Source of the DNA: an uncultured Pseudomonadales bacterium
GTDB lineage: Bacteria; Patescibacteriota; Microgenomatia; UBA1400; UBA1396
DNA length: 64,000 bases
Reading direction: 5' to 3'
NCBI GenBank assembly: GCA_964603945.1
Contig: CAZRWP010000004.1
Span: forward strand, 12,979 to 76,978
Shown here: one piece after another, positions 46,401 to 54,574 of the stretch
How positions within the stretch are numbered: the stretch's first letter is position 1
Layout of the letters: every line of letters begins with the position of its first letter
The notes under the pieces: model-generated
The model's input: only the letters and a program-made list of their open reading frames with translations
Databases searched by the model: none
What the model was told of the DNA's origin: nothing
Translations under genes and position numbers: made by a program

Positions 46401-46859
46401 TTCATCGCGCTTGCCTTGCAGTAAGAGCTGAGAAATCAAGCTAGACATACAGCCGCTAGTGGCAATTATGCCTTCATGATGTTCCTGTAAAAGTTCTTCA
46501 TCAAAACGGGGCTTATAGGAAAAGCCTTCCAGGTGCGCTCGGGAAGTTAGTTTCATTAAGTTTTGATATCCAGTGAAGTTCTTAGCCAAAAGCGTAATGT
46601 GAAAAGCATCTGAGCCTGGCTTAACTTGTTTTTGGTGGCGGCTATGAGCTGACATATAGCCTTCCAAACCAATAATTGGTTTGACATTAGTTTTCTTAGC
46701 TTGATTGTAAAAATGAATGGCGCCGTACATTACGCCATGATCCGTCATGGCTAACGCTGGCTGTTTGTACTCCTGAGCCCGCTCAAATAGTTTATCGATT
46801 TTACTCAGACCATCGAGCAGTGAATACTCAGTGTGGACGTGGAGGTGAACAAAGGACAT
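43410..46859 (-). CDS. dnaE: DNA polymerase III subunit alpha
   Basis: FVHLHVHTEYSLLDG, GPGRGSAAGS, FERFLNPER, PDIDMDF, GYGFNKAHA. Confidence 0.98.
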   Translation of the reverse strand: MSFVHLHVHTEYSLLDGLSKIDKLFERAQEYKQPALAMTDHGVMYGAIHFYNQAKKTNVKPIIGLEGYMSAHSRHQKQVKPGSDAFHITLLAKNFTGYQNLMKLTSRAHLEGFSYKPRFDEELLQEHHEGIIATSGCMSSLISQLLLQGKRDEAKAKIKQYYELFEGDFYLEIQNHQVKETHELAAEMAKLSRETGIPLVATNDVHYVDADDAEAQDALVCVSTRRFVSETERMTMLNSPTFFLRSSQEMEELFAQYPDALANTLKIAEQCDVEIPQGKWVMPLFEVPAGYDAGSWLRHQTYERYEKVLGMTVTPEIKERLDYELDVIIGKGYATYFLIVHDFVQWAKDHGIYVGPGRGSAAGSLVSYSLGITTVNPLEHDLKFERFLNPERPSPPDIDMDFADTRREEVIEYITQKYGSDKVANVITFGRMEARVAIRDVGRVLEVSYGDCDRIAKLIPPNMRLPEAIQAVPELKQYSQLPKYKKLFELAQKCEGVARHSSVHAAAVIIADDDLTNYVPIQRENREGKIITQYDMYALDANVSGDDAIGLIKFDFLGLRNLSILGEAIEIVKQTKGIEVNLDNIPLDEPKVYQMISQGNTTGVFQLESGGMRRVARTLQPNKFSDITAMVALYRPGPMDLIPAFVEAKHNPEKVQYPHPDLKPVFEETYGFMVYQEQAINVANVMAGYTLGEGDVLRKAIGKKKKSIMDQQKAEFVRRSVEHGYKKKVAEEVWGYIEKFAGYGFNKAHAASYAMVAYRTAYMKVLHPVEYMTAMASVESLSHSQQKEEKVRMAVEDARRMGIVVLPPDINKSAIGFCVEENKDSLENLAIRYGLGAIKNVGTAAIEAIMEARADQPFVSFTDFLRRTDSRRVNKKVVESLVRVGAFDQFATRSSMLENLDDIRAQAAQFQSELAGQDSLFAEVAQESATQVKDTFPRLEEYPAAELLSYEKELLGFYLTDHPMSKGLEQISKQAEKRIGDLDGDIHKDQTFVIGGILSGIREVHTKKDNSAMAFGTLEDQSGSIRIVCFPRAYKDGKRYFIDDNAVLVRAKVDTRDDELQLVVENIWQPDLVDDEQPIEKNAIEITIPRETDKKILQKLGTLLRKSPGNVPIVLLIPSPEGDHITRMKLPYTVAWSDDMAGFVKELLN

Positions 46860-46949
46860 GGTTAAGCTAGTTTAGCAGAGAAAGCAACTACATGACCAAG
46901 TCATCGTATCTATCTTTTTAAAAAAAGACTCAATAATTTACAGGTCAAT

Positions 46950-48359
46950 TTAGATAGCTTGCGCCTTAATTTCCTTAATTATCCTGCCTGCCTCAACTTT
47001 TTTGCCGATTTGGCGCAGTACCTGACCCATAAAAAAACCAATCACTTTTTGCTCGCCGGCTTGCAAGTCGGATTTGGCCTTAGCATTGGCGGGATCATTT
47101 AAAACGGCTTGCACAGCTGAATTAATCTCAGCGTCGGAGACCTCGTCAACTTTATACAGATCCTGAATTAGAGGGATAAGACGCTGTATCTCTGCCTCTA
47201 TAGCTGATTCGTCCTTGCTTTCCAAAACCGAATTGTCTAATAACCAAGTTTCCACCTTTTTATTAACGATAGCGTTGGCGGCCGCCTGGGGATCAATTGA
47301 GTGTCCTTTAACTGACTGCAAAAATATTTCAGCTGATTTGGCCACCACTTTATCTGAGACAAATACCTCAGCATTTTGTTCACTAATACCATATACAGCC
47401 ATTAATCGCTCTTTTAATACCTGTGGCAACTCGGGCAGGTCGGCCGAAATCGACTCAATCAACTCAGTCGTAATCACCAGTTCTGGCAAGTCAGGATCAG
47501 GGAAGTAACGGTAGTCCTCGGCATCTTCTTTACTACGCTGAGAATAGGTACGTCCCTCTGAATCATTCCAACCGCGGGTTTCTTGAGCTGGTATTTCTCC
47601 AGATTCACGAATTTTTGTCTGTCGCTCAATCTCAAAGGCGATGGCCCGCTCCAGGAAGCGGAAGGAGTTTAGGTTTTTAACCTCAACTTTGTAGGGCGGG
47701 AATTTGTCAGCTGAACGTTCTTCCTCATTTTGAACAGAAATATTCGCCTCTAAACGCAAGTCACCCTTTTCCATATCACATGCCGAAACATTCAAAAAGC
47801 GCAAAATTTGCACCAGGTTTTTGGCAAATTCGCGGGCATGAGCGGCACTGTGCATATCTGCCTCAGTCACAATCTCAATTAAAGGCACACCGGAGCGATT
47901 AAAATCAATCAGGGAAACATTCGCCTGCGATACACCAGCGCGCTTTTGTTCCTCTGGAGACAATTTAACGTGCTGAATCTTGGCCGTATCTTCTTCCAGA
48001 TGTACGCGAGTAATGCGCACCGGCCCTTGGCTAGTTGTCACCTCTCCACCTTCGCACAAAGGCTCATCATATTGTGAAATCTGATAACCTTTGGGCAAAT
48101 CAGGATAAAAGTAATTCTTGCGATCAAATTTGGAGTGACTGGCAATAGCTGAGCCTAAAGCTAAGCCAACTTTAATGGTTCGCTTGATGGCTGATTCATT
48201 GGCTACTGGCAGAGCACCGGGTAAGCCGTAGCAAACCGGGCAAATGTGGGTGTTTGGCTCCTCGCCAAAATGATTAGCCGGACAAGCACAAAACATTTTA
48301 GAAATAGTGTTGGGCTCAACGTGAATTTCTAGACCGATAATTGGGGTATAATTGGACAT
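46950..48359 (-). CDS. gatB: Asp/Glu-tRNA amidotransferase subunit B
   Basis: IGLEIH, FDRKNYFYPDLPKGYQISQ, DFNRSGVPLIEIV, DYRYFPDPDL. Confidence 0.97.
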   Translation of the reverse strand: MSNYTPIIGLEIHVEPNTISKMFCACPANHFGEEPNTHICPVCYGLPGALPVANESAIKRTIKVGLALGSAIASHSKFDRKNYFYPDLPKGYQISQYDEPLCEGGEVTTSQGPVRITRVHLEEDTAKIQHVKLSPEEQKRAGVSQANVSLIDFNRSGVPLIEIVTEADMHSAAHAREFAKNLVQILRFLNVSACDMEKGDLRLEANISVQNEEERSADKFPPYKVEVKNLNSFRFLERAIAFEIERQTKIRESGEIPAQETRGWNDSEGRTYSQRSKEDAEDYRYFPDPDLPELVITTELIESISADLPELPQVLKERLMAVYGISEQNAEVFVSDKVVAKSAEIFLQSVKGHSIDPQAAANAIVNKKVETWLLDNSVLESKDESAIEAEIQRLIPLIQDLYKVDEVSDAEINSAVQAVLNDPANAKAKSDLQAGEQKVIGFFMGQVLRQIGKKVEAGRIIKEIKAQAI

Positions 48360-48360
48360 A

Positions 48361-49761
48361 TTATTCCTGTCCTTTCAGCCACTGATTTATACCAGCCGCT
48401 TTTTCAAAGGCGTTAGCAAGTTGAATTAGCCGACCCTCTTTAAAGGCTGGCGCGACGATATTTAAGCCTAGCGGCAGATTAGTTTCTTGATCAAAGTGGA
48501 CCGGCACATTGATACCTGGCAAGCCAGCCATTGAGCTTGGTTCCAACAACATGTCCATTAATTCACCAAAGTAAGGATACTTGGCTGATTCACCTAGTTT
48601 TAAGGCAAAACCAGGCGAGGTTGGGGCAATTAACAGATCATACTCGGTAAATAATTTGTCAAAATCCTGAATAAACATGGTGCGCACTTGCTGAGCTTTA
48701 ACATATGTTTTAGCTTCATAACCTTTACTTAAAGTGTAGGTACCGATCATGATGCGGCGCTTGGCTTCTGCACCCATCTGGTCGCGACCTTGACCATAAC
48801 GGTAGCCGTCATAACGAGCCAAATTGCTACTAACTTCCCCTCTCTGAATGACCGCATATAGTGGAATAGCATAGCGGGGATCCATCGATTTTACAGGCTC
48901 AACTTTGACACCAAGATCCGCTAGAACTGCCAAGGCTGGCTTATAAAGCGGCCAAATATCTTTAAGCTCTTCCAGATCTGAGTACATCAAGCCGATTTTC
49001 AAGCCAGACGCCGGCTGGTCAAGATACGAGGTGTAATCTTCAACTGGCAAAGGGCTGGTTGTACTGTCGCAGGCGTCGCGTCCAGCCATTAAATTTAACA
49101 AAATAGCGGCATCTTCCACTGTTTTGGTCATAGGACCAGGACTGTCTAGGGATGAACCCATCGCCACAATGCCGTAGCGGGAGACGCGACCATAGGTTGG
49201 CTTAAGCCCAACCAGGCCAGTCCAAGCTGAAGGCTGGCGAATTGACCCAGCTGTTTCCGTTCCCAGAGCGGCAATACACAAATCAGCGGCGACCGCGGCG
49301 GCGGAGCCGCCGGACGATCCACCTGGCATGTAATCCGGGTTACGCGGATTTTTGACTGGACCAAAGTCGGAGGTTTCCGTACTCGACCCATGCGCCCAGG
49401 CATCCATATTGGTTTTACCAATTAGATAAGCTCCGGCCTTTCGCATCTTGCCAATTACGGTTGACTCATATTGTGGTCGGTAGCCTCGCAAAACATTGGA
49501 GGCGGCAGTCGTGACCAAGTCTTTGGTTAAATAATTATCTTTGACGGCAATTGGAATACCACTCAGCAGACCACTTGAGTTAAAAAGTTCTGCACCATCT
49601 TCGACCGGCAGTTCCTGATGATAATCTAAATAAATATTCAGGTCATCATTTTTTGACTTGATTTGCTCTAGCACTGCTGACTGCACTTCACGCGCTGAAA
49701 ATTTCTTGTTAGCTAAGCCAGTTAAAGCCTGTTTTAAGGTTAATTTGTTTAAATCGCTCAT
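48361..49761 (-). CDS. gatA: Asp/Glu-tRNA amidotransferase subunit A
   Basis: Amidase signature PGGSSGGSAAAV, GSIRQP, KPTYGRVSRYG, SSNLARYDG. Confidence 0.95.
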   Translation of the reverse strand: MSDLNKLTLKQALTGLANKKFSAREVQSAVLEQIKSKNDDLNIYLDYHQELPVEDGAELFNSSGLLSGIPIAVKDNYLTKDLVTTAASNVLRGYRPQYESTVIGKMRKAGAYLIGKTNMDAWAHGSSTETSDFGPVKNPRNPDYMPGGSSGGSAAAVAADLCIAALGTETAGSIRQPSAWTGLVGLKPTYGRVSRYGIVAMGSSLDSPGPMTKTVEDAAILLNLMAGRDACDSTTSPLPVEDYTSYLDQPASGLKIGLMYSDLEELKDIWPLYKPALAVLADLGVKVEPVKSMDPRYAIPLYAVIQRGEVSSNLARYDGYRYGQGRDQMGAEAKRRIMIGTYTLSKGYEAKTYVKAQQVRTMFIQDFDKLFTEYDLLIAPTSPGFALKLGESAKYPYFGELMDMLLEPSSMAGLPGINVPVHFDQETNLPLGLNIVAPAFKEGRLIQLANAFEKAAGINQWLKGQE

Positions 49762-49762
49762 T

Positions 49763-50068
49763 TCACTGCTCCTCAATTATCCGATCAACCACGACAAAGC
49801 CATTCACGCTATGCTCAGCTTGGCTCAAAGCTGATTCTTGTGTCAGAAGTCTCGACTCATCCACTTTATCCTCACGCCAAACATTGGTTAAACCAGTCAG
49901 CTGATGAGTCGGTTCAACATCAGTTGTATCTATTTCATGCAATTGGTTAATTTCTTCAACCGTAGCGGAAAATGCCTTGGCGAATTGCTCTTGTTCCTCT
50001 TTAGTAACACTTAAATTAGCTAATTCGGCCACGTGGGCAACATCTTGAGGTGAAACGGTCTTGGACAT
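49763..50068 (-). CDS. gatC: Asp/Glu-tRNA amidotransferase subunit C
   Basis: VAHVAELANL, DTTDVEPT, NVWRED; first gene of gatCAB. Confidence 0.9.
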   Translation of the reverse strand: MSKTVSPQDVAHVAELANLSVTKEEQEQFAKAFSATVEEINQLHEIDTTDVEPTHQLTGLTNVWREDKVDESRLLTQESALSQAEHSVNGFVVVDRIIEEQ

Positions 50069-50143
50069 ACAGGGCATAGTTTATCAAATTAAATCCGGCA
50101 GATCGCGGGCAGTAATCTCAGCTAGTTAGAAGGATTGCTGAAA

Positions 50144-51172
50144 TTACTCCCAAACTTCATGCCACTTGTTCAGAAAATCAGTATGGCCAGATTTATCAAA
50201 TTTCCAAAAATCCAACGGGACCGGAATTTTACCTGAGCCATTTGGCGTGTCAATTACATAGGTCGGCCAGGCTAGGCCGGATAACCGTTTGCGCAGTTCT
50301 GTCATAATCGCAATTTCTTTTTCCAGTGGCACTATAAAATGCTCTACACCTTTAGTCGGATCACATCGGAATATATAGTAGGGTCGCACACCGATTTGAA
50401 TTAATCTGTTAAATAATTCTTCTAATACTTCGACTGAGTCATTGACTCCCTTTAAAAATACCGATTGCGATAACAAAATGGCACCAGTTTTCTGTATTTT
50501 CTTAATGACAGTTAAGGTTTCTGGTGACATTTCGTCTGGGTGCTCAAAATGCACCGACACATACAGAGGCTGTTCTATCTGCTTGAATGTTTTGAGTAGT
50601 TTGGGGGTAATCAGACTAGGCTGAGAGACAGGCGTGCGGGTATGGACTCTAATGACCTTAATTTGGGGTAAAGCGCGGATCTTGTCGATCGCCTCGATTA
50701 ACAAATTATGAGCGGTTACTGGATCACCCCCAGAAAAGATTACCTCATTAATTTCCGGATGTGCAGTCAGGTACTTCACCATATTATCGACATCAGCTGA
50801 AGTTAACTTGCCTTTTTCCATGTCGGAGACGATGCGGCGGCGTGTACAAAAGCGGCAATAAGCCGCACAAGTCATGGTTAAAGTGACCAGCACCCGACTG
50901 GGGTATTTATGAACCAAGCCTTTGGTAACCACATGGCTATCTTCTAACAGTGGGTCTTCATAGGTTTCATCGCTGATTTGCAATTCATCATCACTCGGAT
51001 AAAACTGGCGCCGGATTGCCGGTGAATTCTCAGATAACTTAGCCAAATGAGGAGACACCTGAAAAACTAGACCATTCGGAGGAGGTTCCTCATCAGTGAT
51101 TAAAGCGGGTTCAACTGACAGATTCACTCTGGAATCAGCTTGATGATCTGTACTGGAAAATATGGTTGTCAT
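50144..51172 (-). CDS. KamA-family radical SAM protein (lysine 2,3-aminomutase-like)
   Basis: HKYPSRVL, CAAYCRFCTRRR (CxxxCxxC), SGGDP, QSVFLKGVND, PYYIFRCD, GSGKIP. Confidence 0.9.
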   Translation of the reverse strand: MTTIFSSTDHQADSRVNLSVEPALITDEEPPPNGLVFQVSPHLAKLSENSPAIRRQFYPSDDELQISDETYEDPLLEDSHVVTKGLVHKYPSRVLVTLTMTCAAYCRFCTRRRIVSDMEKGKLTSADVDNMVKYLTAHPEINEVIFSGGDPVTAHNLLIEAIDKIRALPQIKVIRVHTRTPVSQPSLITPKLLKTFKQIEQPLYVSVHFEHPDEMSPETLTVIKKIQKTGAILLSQSVFLKGVNDSVEVLEELFNRLIQIGVRPYYIFRCDPTKGVEHFIVPLEKEIAIMTELRKRLSGLAWPTYVIDTPNGSGKIPVPLDFWKFDKSGHTDFLNKWHEVWE

Positions 51173-51266
51173 AACAATTATTACCGACCATTTTATGGCA
51201 ATTGTCAAGGATAAACAGGTTGATTAAAAAAGCTCGGTTTGACTGGCGGTTTCCAGCTTAATAAGT

Positions 51267-51872
51267 TTAATCATCATCACGATCAAAGCGGGAATAGCGT
51301 TTAAAACCATGATGTTCTGGAAATTCATCACCCATAAAAGTAACAAAAAACATCAAGCGGACATCTTCAACAATGTGTGGACGGCCGGTTTGAGGATCTC
51401 TGACTTCATTTGTATCCCACCAACGGCGCAAGAAAAAATCAATGGGAAACAGTCGGTCCTGACGGGAAAAATCTTTATATGGATCCACAATTATCACTAA
51501 TTTACGCTCCTCATCAATGTGCGAAACAATACTATAGTGACCATAGTCACCGTCAACTTTTTCTTCTTCTTCACTGTCATAAAACAAGCCTTGCCACTCA
51601 ACTCCCACACCGTAGCCTTTGTTAAGTACCACGCGCAAATCATCGAGCGTAGATTTGTATTTGTACCAAAACTGAAGATGAGGAGCCAAACGAGAACTAG
51701 CCAGGGCAATCTGGTCTACTCGCATGCCGTGCTCTGCAATGGTGTCTTCAACGTCAGCCGCGGCCGCGATTTCTTCTTGGGTTACCTGCTCGCCTAAAAC
51801 AGCGAGAAGCATCTCCAAAACCGCGGCGCCGCAGTGGGCTTCGGATATTTGCTGGACATGGGGAAAGGACAT
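51267..51872 (-). CDS. C39-like papain-fold cysteine peptidase
   Basis: Q...HCGAA (Cys), GHYSIV (His), IVDP (Asp); no signal peptide. Confidence 0.8.
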   Translation of the reverse strand: MSFPHVQQISEAHCGAAVLEMLLAVLGEQVTQEEIAAAADVEDTIAEHGMRVDQIALASSRLAPHLQFWYKYKSTLDDLRVVLNKGYGVGVEWQGLFYDSEEEEKVDGDYGHYSIVSHIDEERKLVIIVDPYKDFSRQDRLFPIDFFLRRWWDTNEVRDPQTGRPHIVEDVRLMFFVTFMGDEFPEHHGFKRYSRFDRDDD

Positions 51873-51887
51873 GATTCCGCCTTACTT

Positions 51888-52931
51888 TTAAGCTGACTTT
51901 TGCACTGCTCGTGCGTGTTTGCTAAGCAGACTCTTTAGTACATCAGTAAAGCTGACATCATTTAGAGCCAACACTTCAGTCATTGGCAATCCCATATCTG
52001 GTCCAAAAGCTGTATTCGGATTGCAGTCCACAAAATATGGCACCTTATTTTCCAGATCATAACGAATATCAAATTTGGCGTAGTCCTGATAACCCAATAC
52101 ATCAAAGGCACGGGTCAAAAGCGGACTGACCCGATCAATAACATCCTGCTCTGGGATTATGTATTTATAGGCTTTGGCATCATCATATGATTCCAAACTG
52201 GTGAAGTCGTGCTTGCCATCTGGCTTAATCTTAAAAACTTTTTGTCCATAGAACTGGTGCTTTTTGCGACCATCGTCATAAATCACGGCGGTGATTTCCG
52301 GACCATCGATAAAGCGCTCCACTATAACCGGAATTTTATAGGTTTCAATCATTTGTTTTACTTTTTTTTCAGCTTGAACCAGATTTTCTTTAACCGCCTT
52401 ATTATCGATGCCAACACTGCCGCCACTTTCATTTAATTTGACGATTAAAGGAAAACCTAAATTTTCCGGCACTCTGGTGCGCAGGTCACGAATAAACTTG
52501 TACTCAGGAGTTGGAATGTCATGAGCGGTTAAAATTTGTTTGAATAAATGTCGGTTGTTGCCTACCACTAGACCCATTAAGCCAGCACCGGTGTATTGGA
52601 TTTCTGATAATTCTAAGGCACCAGGGATAGCAGGCTGTAAGCGATCCTTGCCACGAACGGTGTCAACTAAATTAAACACAATGTCTGGCTTATCAACCAA
52701 AATATTGGTAAAAAAGTACTTGTCAGCGGCATAGCCTTTGACCGCAATACCTAACTTGGCGATTTCGGCTATTACTTCTTCGGCTCGATCTTCAACTTCA
52801 AGTTCAGCAATATAAGCGCCCTCGGTGGCATAATCTTCACGATCAACTTTGGCATAAGCTAAAGCAACCAACTTGAGAGCCTTGAGAGCGGCCTCATCGA
52901 TAAAAAAATTACTGGCGGGGGATTTTGTCAT
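51888..52931 (-). CDS. D-Ala-D-Ala-ligase-like ATP-grasp enzyme (non-canonical)
   Basis: PDIVFNL, YTGAG, FPLIVK...GSVGI, VERFIDGPE, AKFDIR, DCNPN; no Ddl GGxSxEH N-terminus. Confidence 0.85.
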   Translation of the reverse strand: MTKSPASNFFIDEAALKALKLVALAYAKVDREDYATEGAYIAELEVEDRAEEVIAEIAKLGIAVKGYAADKYFFTNILVDKPDIVFNLVDTVRGKDRLQPAIPGALELSEIQYTGAGLMGLVVGNNRHLFKQILTAHDIPTPEYKFIRDLRTRVPENLGFPLIVKLNESGGSVGIDNKAVKENLVQAEKKVKQMIETYKIPVIVERFIDGPEITAVIYDDGRKKHQFYGQKVFKIKPDGKHDFTSLESYDDAKAYKYIIPEQDVIDRVSPLLTRAFDVLGYQDYAKFDIRYDLENKVPYFVDCNPNTAFGPDMGLPMTEVLALNDVSFTDVLKSLLSKHARAVQKSA

Positions 52932-53048
52932 AGATTCATAGTGCCAAAGGAATCACAATTTGTCTAGCTGATAAAGAAAATCGGAATTATGAACAAAATT
53001 TGTTTATTGCTCTTGCTTAAGTCTGCTGAACTAACGTCTGAGCCAACG

Positions 53049-54149
53049 CTAAGCGACTGTTATGTCCTTGGATAAATAAACATCCTGAATAGCGTGTAAC
53101 AGCTTAACTCCGTCAGCAAATGGCCGCTGGAAGGCTTTGCGGCCAGCAATAATGCCCATGCCACCGGCTCGCTTGTTGATAACAGCTGTCCTGACGACTT
53201 CGGCAAAATCATCCTCGCCGGAAGCGCCGCCGCTATTAAGAAGCCCGATCCGGCCGGCAAAATTATTTAAGACTTGGTAGCGGGTTAGATCAATTGGGTG
53301 ATCGCCGATTAACTGCTCATCAACAGAGGCATCAAACTTGCCATAATCACTAGCCTTAGTCTGCAGTGCTTTAAAACCGCCGTTACTTTCTGGCAGTTTT
53401 TGCTTGATAATATCGGCTGACAAAGTCGCAGCTAAATAATTTGCCTGTCCAGTCACATCCGCCGAGCGCTCATGATTTGTTTTACCCACAGTAAATGCGT
53501 CATTGCGTACATATGCCCATAAAATCGTCGCCAGGCCAAGTTCATGCGCGCGGGCGAAGGCCGCGGCCACTTCCACAATTTCCCGGCGGCTTTCGGGCGA
53601 ACCAAAGTAGATGGTGGCACCCACCGCCACGGCACCCATGGCCGCGGCTTGCTCAACCGTGCCGAACATAATTTGGTCGTAGGTATTGGGATAACTTAAT
53701 AGTTCATTGTGGTTGAGTTTAACAATCAGTGGCAACTTGTCCGCATAGCGGTCGGCCACCATACCCAAAATGCCAAAGCTGGAAGCCAAGCCATTACAGC
53801 CGCCTTTTATGGCCAAATTGACAATATTTTCGGGGTCAAAATAAATTGGATTTTTGTAAAATGAATACCCAGCGGCATGCTCCACACCCTGATCTACTGG
53901 CAAAATGGATAAGTACCCTGTATTTCCCAGTCGGCCGTGGCCAAACAAACGTTTGAGATTTTTAATGACCGCGTCACTGCGATCACTGCCAGCAAATACC
54001 TTATCAACAAAATTTGGTTCAGGCAGGTTCAGCAACTTAGACGAAACTTTGGGTGAGCGAAATTTCAACAAGTCGTCAGCTGAATCACCAAGAAAGCGTC
54101 GAATTTCGTCAATACTCATGATTTCGCGATTAGAACGGACAGGCCACAT
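53049..54149 (-). CDS. fbaB: Class I fructose-bisphosphate aldolase (DhnA/FbaB type)
   Basis: TGYLSILPVDQGVEH, KLNHNELL, ADIIKQKLP, NKRAGGMG; start moved to ATG 54149. Confidence 0.93.
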   Translation of the reverse strand: MWPVRSNREIMSIDEIRRFLGDSADDLLKFRSPKVSSKLLNLPEPNFVDKVFAGSDRSDAVIKNLKRLFGHGRLGNTGYLSILPVDQGVEHAAGYSFYKNPIYFDPENIVNLAIKGGCNGLASSFGILGMVADRYADKLPLIVKLNHNELLSYPNTYDQIMFGTVEQAAAMGAVAVGATIYFGSPESRREIVEVAAAFARAHELGLATILWAYVRNDAFTVGKTNHERSADVTGQANYLAATLSADIIKQKLPESNGGFKALQTKASDYGKFDASVDEQLIGDHPIDLTRYQVLNNFAGRIGLLNSGGASGEDDFAEVVRTAVINKRAGGMGIIAGRKAFQRPFADGVKLLHAIQDVYLSKDITVA

Positions 54150-54206
54150 ATGCTCATTGTAATGAGAATTGCCACTAAAATACAAGGAGAAGCGTTGTTA
54201 AATCTA

Positions 54207-54428
54207 TCATCTAGGCAAATGATTCTTTAAAGATCTTTTACTGAGTGCACTGATTATCTCTCGAAATGCTTTATCTGAGGCTAATAAAATTAACTCACGC
54301 ATTTCCGCTGGATATTGAAGGTAATATCTAACTTGTTGATTAGTCTTTGAGTTTTTATCAGCCCAGTTGTTAAAGCTTTCAGTAAAGTCAGATAAATTGG
54401 CTGGCTCTGAGTTTGACTGTGCCTTCAC
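54207..54428 (-). CDS. Hypothetical protein or gene fragment
   Basis: 73-aa ORF; frame stays open upstream without an ATG. Confidence 0.3.
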   Translation of the reverse strand: MKAQSNSEPANLSDFTESFNNWADKNSKTNQQVRYYLQYPAEMRELILLASDKAFREIISALSKRSLKNHLPR

Positions 54429-54574
54429 GGCGGAGAAAGCTCTATCAACTACAAAACTAACAATTGCCTCCCGCTCAAACTCAGTGATTAATGAATCACG
54501 CCTAGTTGGATTAAGTTGATAAAAATAATTATCAACAAGTTGACTAATTATTTGTTTAATAAACCAGATGATTT

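Noticed and set aside
43410-46859. Intein or intron in dnaE
   Set aside because: Length (1149 aa) and motif spacing are normal.
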